Of a stretch of 64,000 bases of DNA, positions 55,861-64,000 are shown in pieces (within the stretch, counting starts at the first letter, position 1; each line of letters opens with the position of its first letter). This DNA comes from a virus: IMG/VR virus record IMGVR_UViG_3300025133_000026; one strand, given 5' to 3'. A model generated the notes under the pieces. The model saw only the letters and a program-made list of their open reading frames with translations, ran no database searches and had not been told where the DNA came from. The position numbers and the translations under genes are program-made.

Positions 55861-57404
55861 TAGACCTCCAAGGGCTCTGGACGAGCCGTTTCCAATACAT
55901 TAATTTCAGCCAGTATGAGATATTCTGGATACTTATCTTCAAAAGACGCACCATAGATTCCCTCTGCTGCATAGTTCAGTCCGATAACAGAATTGGTGTT
56001 TATTGAACCATCGCTATTGAGTGGCGAAAGATTAGGGACAAATGTTCCTCCAGTCTGGGATATATAAATAATTTTATTATCTCTGACGAATAAATGATAG
56101 AGAGAAGCTTCGTCTGTACCCTTTACATCTGGAACTATATAGAGAACTGTCATCTTGTTTAGAATATCTGGATATTGAATTGGATTAAAATTCACAACAG
56201 TGTAAGTGTACTCTCTCTCTTCATAATAATAAGCAGCCCGCAAGTCATGCCTGTCTTCAATTGTTACACCATCTAAAACAACAAAGCTTTCTTGCGAGTC
56301 CCAAGAAGAGATAGCGGTAGAGTTATATTCAATATCAGTTGCCCCATACTTTGTGCCTTCTAGAGTAGTGTCTGTTGTTAAAACATATTCAACCACACCT
56401 GTCGTCTTGTCTTGAATAATGATAGAGAAATGAATATTTTCGTCTGTATCAATTCTAAGCATTTCTCTTTGTAATTTCAAAACATTATTCGATACTTTCA
56501 GTGCCTGTTCGTATCCAACTTGTTTCAATGGGCCGTAAGGAGTAAAAATTTGTAAGTCAAACTCTTCTGGATAATAAGTATAGTTAACTCCATCCAGTGC
56601 TCTTGTAAACTGTCCTACAGTTACACCAAATTGCCACGGGTCTTCAGCTTGAGTTAAGACTGGTGGTGTAGGATTGATTCGTGTCTGGGGAGAATCTTTT
56701 ATATAATAAATCCCATAAACTGGAAGGGTGTAATGAAAACGCCCATTCCTCTCATCCTTTGTATAGGCCGTTACTCCTTCTTTTACTGTGGCAGTATCAA
56801 AATCAATGTCATCGAAAGTTGCTTCTGTGTAAATTTGTTTAGGATTCCAAACCTCGCTAACAACATTTCCTGATGAATCTATTGACTGAATGTAATAAAG
56901 ACGATATCTTCCAGTAAGCTCATCAAACCAGTTCTCAAAGTTTGCATAAATCTCAGAAACAGACGAACTTGTTTTGTACAAACCAGTACTAACATCGGTA
57001 CTTCCATTATGTGTTACTTGACGAATGGAAACAGTGGAAGTGTTTTCTGGGAGAGAATGCTTCTTGAAAAGAGGAGTAACGTTTCCGGCACTGTCCGTGA
57101 TGACTTGATCTGTTATTAGAAGATTATCCAGATCGCTACTAACAGTTTTTGTAGTAGTCGCCGTCACTTCTGCAAAATACGTAGGTCTTGTAGAGTTCTC
57201 TTTTACATCTGCTGATCTATTAACATAGCTAATATCTTTCTCTGCATGTATTTCAGGTAGACCAACATAAGAGAGAGGGATGTCTTCATCGGGTACAGAT
57301 TGACTGTACTTGATATACTCAATCCTTTTTTGTACTAACTGTCGCGTAGAAAGAATCTTTTCACCTGCAACATTTGTAATAGAGAGCTTGTGAACAAGAC
57401 CCAT
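55860..57404 (-). CDS. Putative structural protein
   Basis: 514 aa, beta-rich and acidic, within the co-directional block. Confidence 0.5.
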   Translation of the reverse strand: MGLVHKLSITNVAGEKILSTRQLVQKRIEYIKYSQSVPDEDIPLSYVGLPEIHAEKDISYVNRSADVKENSTRPTYFAEVTATTTKTVSSDLDNLLITDQVITDSAGNVTPLFKKHSLPENTSTVSIRQVTHNGSTDVSTGLYKTSSSVSEIYANFENWFDELTGRYRLYYIQSIDSSGNVVSEVWNPKQIYTEATFDDIDFDTATVKEGVTAYTKDERNGRFHYTLPVYGIYYIKDSPQTRINPTPPVLTQAEDPWQFGVTVGQFTRALDGVNYTYYPEEFDLQIFTPYGPLKQVGYEQALKVSNNVLKLQREMLRIDTDENIHFSIIIQDKTTGVVEYVLTTDTTLEGTKYGATDIEYNSTAISSWDSQESFVVLDGVTIEDRHDLRAAYYYEEREYTYTVVNFNPIQYPDILNKMTVLYIVPDVKGTDEASLYHLFVRDNKIIYISQTGGTFVPNLSPLNSDGSINTNSVIGLNYAAEGIYGASFEDKYPEYLILAEINVLETARPEPLEV

Positions 57405-59134
57405 TAGTCTATATAAGTAATAACTGCTTTAAAGTTAGTTGCCCCCGGCCATGAGCCAGCAGCAGAAAAGTCAAAATTAAGCGTGTTTGCACTGCTGTCA
57501 TAATATACACCATACGAACCGCCAGATAATAGCGTAGTATAAGTTCCTGGCGCAACCCATTTACTAGTACCCACATCCACCAGTACCTGTACTCCAACTA
57601 CAGTCTTTGTGCTTAAAGCGCTAGGCATCGCAACAGAATCAATCCCGCCAGCAGGCGCTGCTGTAACAGAGTCTTCGACAATTTTCGTTTGCCACAAGGT
57701 GCTACTTGCACTGTTGTCATTCCTAATTCCATCTAATGCAGTAAGTCCTTCGTCAACCCGAAAGGTTTTTTCAACCCTAACGCCCTTGGTTTTAAAAGTA
57801 ACAACATCAAGCGCTTGCGCATAATGGACATAAGCTTGAGACCCAAAATAAATTCCAAAAGAATCTGATGTAGTAGAAAACGGAGTGACTCCAGTAGGGG
57901 GAGTGTCTGATGCTAATCTAAAATCTGTTAGCATTGCATTTAAAGTAGTGTCTCCTAATCCAGGATTTCCCCTATAGAGATACTGTGGGTGGTCGACCCG
58001 ATCTCCTGTTCCAGTAGTATAGGGCGTGAATTGAAAAACAAAGCTATTGAGGGTTTCTCCCCCATGGGCTAGCTGATCAAGATCACCGTGCTTTATCCTT
58101 TGACTACCATTTGTTCCATCATGTCTGTGCTTCCGATACCTAGAGCGAAGAGAGTCTAAAGTTCTTGTGATATCCACACCAACTACGCAAAGAGAATATC
58201 TATCAGAACCAACCTCTAGAGTTACTCCTGTATTTACGCTAACTTGAATTGAAGTTTGACTTACATAGAAAAAAGTAACATTTGGAAGAACCACCTTGCT
58301 GTCGCCATCCCAGAGACCGACAAGGCCTTCTGCTATTTGATCTCCAGCAGTGTATTCATTAGAAAAATACTCAGGAAGATTAAGCTGAGCCAAATAGTTA
58401 AGATCATCGACCGCACTCAGTGTCGTTGATGTGTCATCCCAATTTGCCTGTTGATCAGTGACTGTAGGGAAAGCAATAGTATATTTTCCAGCTGTTGGTC
58501 CAGATACCGTGCATTTTGTAGACTGATTGGGGTCTGGAATTACATTAAAGCGCGCCCCCTCGTAAGTGTCTCCCATATAAGAAGCACTGACATCAACATC
58601 ATATGTGGCTGTACCAGGGCTAGAACCTGTATCCCAAACAACAACACGACCTGTAGAGTAGTCTACATAATATTTTCCTGTAGTACTTACACCACCCTCT
58701 GTTGTCTCTGTTGCAAACTGCGTTCCATTTGAAAAGGTAAGTGTTCCACTCTCTGGAATGAATTCTAGATAGAATTCATTCACATTTGCAGGAACACTCT
58801 CTCCAGTAATTGTCGCTGTATTGTCTGAGAGAATGCGAGGATTGAGGGCCGAGGCAGGCCCCATCAGCCTAGCAAGATTCAATATTTGTAGATGTCTTTG
58901 TTCAGACCCAAGACTAGTTCCACTTTTATTGAAAGCCCATCCACCAATAGGAGTATTGCTAGATCCAGAAAAAACTGGATACGAATCACCCCAAAGATCT
59001 CCCAAAGCTAAGGAAACTAGATTCAAAGCACTATTCGTTTGTCTTGCCCAATTAGTTAGCTTCTCGGCACTAGGCTGTTCGCCTGCAGAAAAGGTTACAT
59101 TAACTGGAAATAAATCACGTAGTTTGTCAGACAT
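57404..59134 (-). CDS. Putative structural protein (tail/baseplate-associated)
   Basis: S/T/G-rich; YYVDYSTGRV; HRHDGTNG fibre-like motif. Confidence 0.5.
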   Translation of the reverse strand: MSDKLRDLFPVNVTFSAGEQPSAEKLTNWARQTNSALNLVSLALGDLWGDSYPVFSGSSNTPIGGWAFNKSGTSLGSEQRHLQILNLARLMGPASALNPRILSDNTATITGESVPANVNEFYLEFIPESGTLTFSNGTQFATETTEGGVSTTGKYYVDYSTGRVVVWDTGSSPGTATYDVDVSASYMGDTYEGARFNVIPDPNQSTKCTVSGPTAGKYTIAFPTVTDQQANWDDTSTTLSAVDDLNYLAQLNLPEYFSNEYTAGDQIAEGLVGLWDGDSKVVLPNVTFFYVSQTSIQVSVNTGVTLEVGSDRYSLCVVGVDITRTLDSLRSRYRKHRHDGTNGSQRIKHGDLDQLAHGGETLNSFVFQFTPYTTGTGDRVDHPQYLYRGNPGLGDTTLNAMLTDFRLASDTPPTGVTPFSTTSDSFGIYFGSQAYVHYAQALDVVTFKTKGVRVEKTFRVDEGLTALDGIRNDNSASSTLWQTKIVEDSVTAAPAGGIDSVAMPSALSTKTVVGVQVLVDVGTSKWVAPGTYTTLLSGGSYGVYYDSSANTLNFDFSAAGSWPGATNFKAVITYID

Positions 59135-59141
59135 GGTTATC

Positions 59142-61826
59142 CTATGAAATTGTTAACAAATGCAATTTGCTCGCGAAGGGATTCGCTATTGCAGTACCAG
59201 AACTTCCGGCCACTGGGTTTATTGTAACAAATGTTGCTCCATCTAAGCCGCTTGCAGCCACCAAGCTGTCATCTCCTAACCTCCAACCGTAAGGGACTTT
59301 TCCACTAGTTCCAAGATAAACTCCTTTCAGATAATCAGGAAGATCAGCCTGGAGTTGAATTGTATTAGAAAGTACAGTTCCTCCAGATAATGGATCTACA
59401 GCAGAGGCTTGAAAAGGAATGCTCCGCGGCGTACTTACCCAATAAGCTCCAAGATTTGTTTCAACATCAGATTTATTAGGTGTCGCCAAAGCATAATCAT
59501 ACGTTAAGGTTGTTGTTCCATTAGCAACTGTAATCGTTGTGGGATAGATAGGACGATAAGCACCAAGCTCAGAAGTTACAGGATTGATGGATGTTGTGTC
59601 ATATATATATAAAACTCTTTTCTTTCCATTTAGTCCAGAAGCACTCCATTCTGTCCAATCAGTTCTTAGAACACTGACAAAATCTATGTTACTTAGAGTC
59701 ATCCCAATATTGCGGTCAAGGTAAAGTGTTTTTCCAACCCAATAAAGAAGAGTTGCACTTTCTCTATCTCCATCTTTACCGTAAATTGTCACAGTGGCCC
59801 CATCTAGACTTCTATCACTATAGACTTTGTCAGGATCAACAGTAGTGTCATGTAAGAAAGTAGCTTCTATAGAACTTTTTGCTAAGCCTAAACTTACGGC
59901 AGTTGTGTATGTGGCTGTATCAATGTCGAGAAGAACACCAACGGTACCTCTCGATGGATCGTCTTTTGTTACTGCATAGATATAAACATCTTCTGGCTCA
60001 AGATCTGGATACTCTCCTTGGATTGTTAGAATGCGAGTATCTCCAGAGCCAATAGTTATATCTGTTACAAAGGTTCCCAAGAGGTCGAGGTTGGCTCCTA
60101 AGCTATAGCTGGCGGTAACTTGACCTTGGGCATTCGTGAAGCTTGTAAAAGCATTCTGGGCACCATTAAGAAGCCCTACGAATGGGTATATTGTTTCGTC
60201 AATAGTTGTTTCAATTTGAGAAACGATATCTCCGTTTCCATCATAAGCTGTAGCTGTTAGTAACGCATAATCAGCACCAATATAAAGTGGGCCATATGTG
60301 TTTCCAAAAACCTGTTTCTTGTCAGTTTCTAAAGTAAGACTAACAATAGAAGACGGGATTCTGGAGATATAGACTATTCCGCGCGGGTCAGGGTTACTTA
60401 CTGGTCGAAGGTCAACATCTTTTCCAAGAAGAGTTGTTGGTTCGTCAGCAAGACCATACTCAATTCTTGGCGTTGTCGAATATCCCATGTAGATAGCTTC
60501 GCTGCTTGTTGGGACTGCACCGGACCTCTGCCAGGTAATAGATACACCTTGAAGATGAGTAGCAGCTATTGTAGAGGCATGCCCTCGTTCACATTGTAAA
60601 AGTTGAGTTGTATTTCGTCCAACATAACGAACAAGTTCATCCCCTGTCTTAATGATTCCCTTCTTCGGCCAATGTTCAATGTCGCCAATAACATTAATCA
60701 TTGTGTCTGTGTCGGAAATAGTCAAGCCCAAGGCAATCTTGTCTTCGTACATTGCTGATCCAAAAGTCAAAGTTCCAAGATCAAAATCTATTGAATAGAC
60801 TTTGTCACTGGGCCCATGATTAGTTAAATCATTTGAGGTAGCCTGCAGCCAGAGAGTATCATCAACATAAACCAAATGGTTTGCCTGAGACCCAGAAAGA
60901 GTATCGTTGGGAGATACTGGGAAGTACTTTGTAAAGTACTTCTGTAAACTCCCTCCAGAGCTTGTTCCTAGCTTTTCTAACAATAATTCAGGACCATTTG
61001 TGAACTGGGCAAGATAGGAAGCATCTGTTCTTCCTACAGTAAAAGCAAAGTTTTGATTAAAGTAAAGGTTTTTGTTTTCTTGATCATAGAATAATTCATA
61101 CTTGTGAAAAGAATCTACCTTTGTATAATCGGGCAGTCCATCCGAAGTTAGAGTACTTTCTCTTCCAGAACTTGTTAGTGTTCCCGTAAACTCACTAACC
61201 AACTCTGCGATTCGATAAGGAAAGGCACTGAGATTATCTTCTCGCCTGTAGATTCCAGCAATAATTGGGCTTGAGGTCGATGGTTCAAACTCAAGAGTTA
61301 TTTTATCTGTAGTTACATCGAAGCCAGACACAAAGCCTACATAAAGAGAATGCATTACATGCTTATCTCCAAACAAGAAATAAGGCTGATGATGACTATA
61401 ATAGTAGCCTTCATCAATTCTTGGAAGCCAGGATTTTTTTCGTTCATCATCTTTCCAGAAACGAACTAGCTCAGAAACAGAACAGTCTTCCGTCTTCTCT
61501 CCAACACCAGAATGCCAGTGGGCTTCTTTTGTCCCATTATGTAGCTGGTGGGAGATATTTCCTACAGTTCCCGGAAGAAAAGTCTTTTTGTCTTCTAGGT
61601 CAACCCAGCGATTTATATCAAATTTAAATCCCTTGTATGGGTGATCGCTTTTCCACGGCATGTCTGCAATGTCATTGTAAGGGCCAACAATAGGTAGTTT
61701 CTCTGAAGTAACAAAGACATCTTGTCTTAAAGATAAACTTACAGTTCCAGAAGTGATAACTGCGCCACTTCCTCCTAAACCAGATGTAATGGGATTACCG
61801 CCTAATCCACTAGTAACAACAGACAT
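59142..61826 (-). CDS. Putative structural protein (baseplate-like, with Ig-like segment)
   Basis: N-terminal TSGLGG x2; YSIDFDLGTLTFG; CERG...AATH; LTATAYDGNG...TNAQGQVTA. Confidence 0.55.
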   Translation of the reverse strand: MSVVTSGLGGNPITSGLGGSGAVITSGTVSLSLRQDVFVTSEKLPIVGPYNDIADMPWKSDHPYKGFKFDINRWVDLEDKKTFLPGTVGNISHQLHNGTKEAHWHSGVGEKTEDCSVSELVRFWKDDERKKSWLPRIDEGYYYSHHQPYFLFGDKHVMHSLYVGFVSGFDVTTDKITLEFEPSTSSPIIAGIYRREDNLSAFPYRIAELVSEFTGTLTSSGRESTLTSDGLPDYTKVDSFHKYELFYDQENKNLYFNQNFAFTVGRTDASYLAQFTNGPELLLEKLGTSSGGSLQKYFTKYFPVSPNDTLSGSQANHLVYVDDTLWLQATSNDLTNHGPSDKVYSIDFDLGTLTFGSAMYEDKIALGLTISDTDTMINVIGDIEHWPKKGIIKTGDELVRYVGRNTTQLLQCERGHASTIAATHLQGVSITWQRSGAVPTSSEAIYMGYSTTPRIEYGLADEPTTLLGKDVDLRPVSNPDPRGIVYISRIPSSIVSLTLETDKKQVFGNTYGPLYIGADYALLTATAYDGNGDIVSQIETTIDETIYPFVGLLNGAQNAFTSFTNAQGQVTASYSLGANLDLLGTFVTDITIGSGDTRILTIQGEYPDLEPEDVYIYAVTKDDPSRGTVGVLLDIDTATYTTAVSLGLAKSSIEATFLHDTTVDPDKVYSDRSLDGATVTIYGKDGDRESATLLYWVGKTLYLDRNIGMTLSNIDFVSVLRTDWTEWSASGLNGKKRVLYIYDTTSINPVTSELGAYRPIYPTTITVANGTTTLTYDYALATPNKSDVETNLGAYWVSTPRSIPFQASAVDPLSGGTVLSNTIQLQADLPDYLKGVYLGTSGKVPYGWRLGDDSLVAASGLDGATFVTINPVAGSSGTAIANPFASKLHLLTIS

Positions 61827-61834
61827 CTAGCCCC

Positions 61835-62347
61835 TTATGTGGTAGGAACTCTAGAGTAAGGTTGTTGCGAAGTAGCTTCACCGTCCGCGTCGAATAAGTC
61901 GAACGTATTGGTTAGTAAACCACTAGAATCATAGAATTTCAATTGATTGTCAGCTATCTCCCATTTTCCAACAAGGACATCTACTGTTTGGTTCATCTTA
62001 GAAAGGGCTGTTACAACATTACTGGCCACTGTGTCCAGTGTTGCGGATATATTGTTTGTAAGCTCGTGAGCATTATCAAATTTTGTAATTTCACCATGAA
62101 TAAAACGTTCACTAGCCTCGGCAATACCCGCGCCGGCATCTATGGTAAAAACTACCTTTTCCACACCACTGTATTTTGCTGCGTCCCAATTTACAACAAA
62201 TTTATAATGACCATTACCTATTTCTGAAATAGTTTCAGGGGTGATTGCTGCACCGGACAAAACATTTCGAAAGGAGCCAAAGGTCGGGGTCAAGCCTGTC
62301 GCCACCGACCCAGAATCTGTGATTGTAAGAGAATAAGTTTCTGACAT
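61835..62347 (-). CDS. Putative structural protein
   Basis: ISEIGNGHYKF; GKWEIADNQLKFYD...FDLFDADG. Confidence 0.55.
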   Translation of the reverse strand: MSETYSLTITDSGSVATGLTPTFGSFRNVLSGAAITPETISEIGNGHYKFVVNWDAAKYSGVEKVVFTIDAGAGIAEASERFIHGEITKFDNAHELTNNISATLDTVASNVVTALSKMNQTVDVLVGKWEIADNQLKFYDSSGLLTNTFDLFDADGEATSQQPYSRVPTT

Positions 62348-62405
62348 TATGATTTCCTAACAACTTTTTAATTTGACTTGCAAGCACTCTGAGTCTATCA
62401 CTCAT

Positions 62406-63515
62406 CTACTCTAGTACGTCCCAGACTTTGACCCACAGCTTCTCGGCGTGCGCGATCTGGTCAGAGCGGTTGCCAGCCTTGCCGACAACTACTGCTGCCG
62501 TGCTAACGGCGAGATAGTTTGCGGTTGTGGCCGCCATGTTAAAGCCGAGAAGGGTATTGGTGTCCTTAGCGCTAGCCCACGAACCACCCGAGAATGCGGT
62601 CTGGTAGTCGGCTGCGTCCGTACTGTAGTAGACCTCGACCTGGTTCGGATTCAGCAGGCGAAGCCCCATCACGCGGGTCTTTGCCCCAGGTAGTGGTCCA
62701 CTGGAATCGTTCGACAGAGCGTTGTTTTGGAGCCTGGTGCACTCCACCTCTTCGACACCACCATTGTCGAAGCCCGCCTTGATCAGAAGGGCATCAGACC
62801 CCGCATCACCGGGCAGGGTGGTTGGGTCACAGATTCCAAACACCGCCTGCGCGAAGCCCAGGGTGAAGGTGTCGTTGGCGAGGAGCAGCTGGAGGTCCAC
62901 CACCTGCCGGCTGTCTACGTAGGCGGCAACGAGGTCGGAGATCAAGATGTGGATGTTCGGCCCACGGGAGGTGGTGGTGCTCTCCCAATGTCTGGTGCCG
63001 GTGTTAGTCATTTTCAAACCAGTGCCATTGATCACTTGGAAGTCGGACGTGTAGATCATGGCTTCGGCGGTCCACGTCTTGGAGTCGAGTGTGATGCTGC
63101 CGTCGCCAGCCGCATCGATGTCGAGGCTCGCCTCGGTTGTAAAGTCGAGCTCGTACTCGTTAGAACCCCAACTCGTTCCGCCTGCGCCAGCCCGAAGTGT
63201 TCGGCTGGTTTCTTGTGAATCAGAGTCTACTGTCACTGTACATCTAATTTCCCAAGACCCCAGGGCATCGGGAGTAAAGGTTGGCGTCTCAACATTTGCA
63301 TCGCTAAATTGAGTTGTACTGGCCGACCCATCGGTAGGATCGATACAAGACCAGGACCAGGCCGTCGCCGTGCCTCCTGTAACGGTTGGAGCAACTTGTA
63401 CTTCTGCCCCAAGCGCGGGCTGGGTTGCATCAGCAGCGAGCCCAACAGTCCATTGTGCACCACCACCGGATACAACACTTTTGAAGATTTTCCCTTTTTT
63501 ATGGAATCCTGACAT
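62406..63515 (-). CDS. PKD/Ig-like N-terminal domain plus high-GC beta-rich C-terminal domain (possible receptor-binding or decoration protein)
   Basis: WSWSCIDP...PTFTPDALGSWEIRCTVT, then a beta-sandwich-like domain. Three sampled lines in 62461-62940 were 57-67% GC. Confidence 0.6.
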   Translation of the reverse strand: MSGFHKKGKIFKSVVSGGGAQWTVGLAADATQPALGAEVQVAPTVTGGTATAWSWSCIDPTDGSASTTQFSDANVETPTFTPDALGSWEIRCTVTVDSDSQETSRTLRAGAGGTSWGSNEYELDFTTEASLDIDAAGDGSITLDSKTWTAEAMIYTSDFQVINGTGLKMTNTGTRHWESTTTSRGPNIHILISDLVAAYVDSRQVVDLQLLLANDTFTLGFAQAVFGICDPTTLPGDAGSDALLIKAGFDNGGVEEVECTRLQNNALSNDSSGPLPGAKTRVMGLRLLNPNQVEVYYSTDAADYQTAFSGGSWASAKDTNTLLGFNMAATTANYLAVSTAAVVVGKAGNRSDQIAHAEKLWVKVWDVLE

Positions 63516-63952
63516 TAGCGTAGTCCTTCGGCAATCACACGCCCTAGTTTCTTGTTTAAAGTAATTGTAGTCACTCCATCAGGTCGATCAAGACGTCCAG
63601 AGATAAAACGTTCACTATCTTCTGCGCCGGCGGCATCAAGGTAATGAACTGTCACAGTTTGGGCGCCGACTCCAGCTGCATTATCATTCGCATGTTCTGA
63701 AACTACTGACATCTGTTCCCCAGCATCGTCGGGAAAAGGAATACGAGTATGAGATGTTGGGGCGGGCGTTAAGTCATTACCACGCCACAAGTCTTCTCCT
63801 GTGATCGTTGTTCCTATGCTTTCTCGTTCCGCCATCGCCTCCATAATTCTACAGCCAGGAATTAGACTCATCTGAACTTTACGAATAAAATCAAAATCTT
63901 GCCTACCGTGCGCCCTGGAAGAACCACCTAAGACTACTGTTTTTACAGACAT
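63515..63952 (-). CDS. Hypothetical protein
   Basis: 145 aa; GVGAQTVTVHYLDA; TAATG-coupled on both sides. Confidence 0.6.
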   Translation of the reverse strand: MSVKTVVLGGSSRAHGRQDFDFIRKVQMSLIPGCRIMEAMAERESIGTTITGEDLWRGNDLTPAPTSHTRIPFPDDAGEQMSVVSEHANDNAAGVGAQTVTVHYLDAAGAEDSERFISGRLDRPDGVTTITLNKKLGRVIAEGLR

Positions 63953-64000
63953 TTATTCACCCCAGGTTCTTTTGTGAACAGAAATAAGTTCATTAATGAT
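63953..64000 (-). CDS. 3' end of an upstream gene truncated by the window edge
   Basis: ...IINELISVHKRTWGE* ending TAA immediately before ATG 63952. Confidence 0.5.
   Translation of the reverse strand: MINELISVHKRTWGE

Noticed and set aside
61771-61820. TSGLGG duplication at the start of the 894 aa protein
   Set aside because: Only two copies of a short coding motif; not a DNA repeat element.
62373-62401. TTGACT-N17-TATCAC sigma70-like promoter on the + strand
   Set aside because: The -10 lacks the conserved final T and it would point antisense into a gene; a chance match is likely in AT-rich DNA.
62448-63564. Several + strand ORFs (up to 163 aa) opposite the 62406..63515 gene
   Set aside because: Expected by-product of high GC (few stop codons); no motifs.
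1-64000. Stop-codon reassignment, tRNAs, rRNA
   Set aside because: Genes end cleanly at TAA, TAG and TGA with tight coupling, and the intergenic gaps are too short or show no cloverleaf.

Overview
This window looks like a 64 kb slice of a large (probably jumbo) AT-rich tailed dsDNA phage using genetic code 11, with dense, mostly abutting or overlapping genes. No terminase, portal or capsid gene is recognisable here, so both the phage call and the structural calls are inferred from gene content and organisation. The + strand arm (1 to about 33.5 kb) carries replication, recombination and nucleotide metabolism genes: redoxin, class II RNR, RecA, DnaE, a Cas4-like exonuclease, a divergent ThyX, dUTPase, a GMP reductase/IMPDH-family enzyme, an intein-containing DnaG-DnaB fusion and resolvases. 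It also has two ClpP paralogues, an orphan response regulator, an intein-containing metallophosphoesterase, and three scattered heptose-pathway-like enzymes (HldC-, GmhB- and HldA-like). The - strand arm (64 kb down to 33.5 kb) runs from large virion-like proteins directly into an approximately 12 kb glycan locus, then a holin-like gene. The locus holds a GT9 heptosyltransferase fusion, four further glycosyltransferases, an oxidoreductase, a PLP aminotransferase, two acetyltransferases, Gmd, a mini-sulfotransferase and a beta-propeller. The best candidate for a new system is a phage-encoded heptose plus amino-sugar glycosylation pathway co-transcribed with structural genes, most plausibly virion glycosylation. 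No tRNA, rRNA or CRISPR array was seen. All family calls come from motif recognition by eye; no database search was run.
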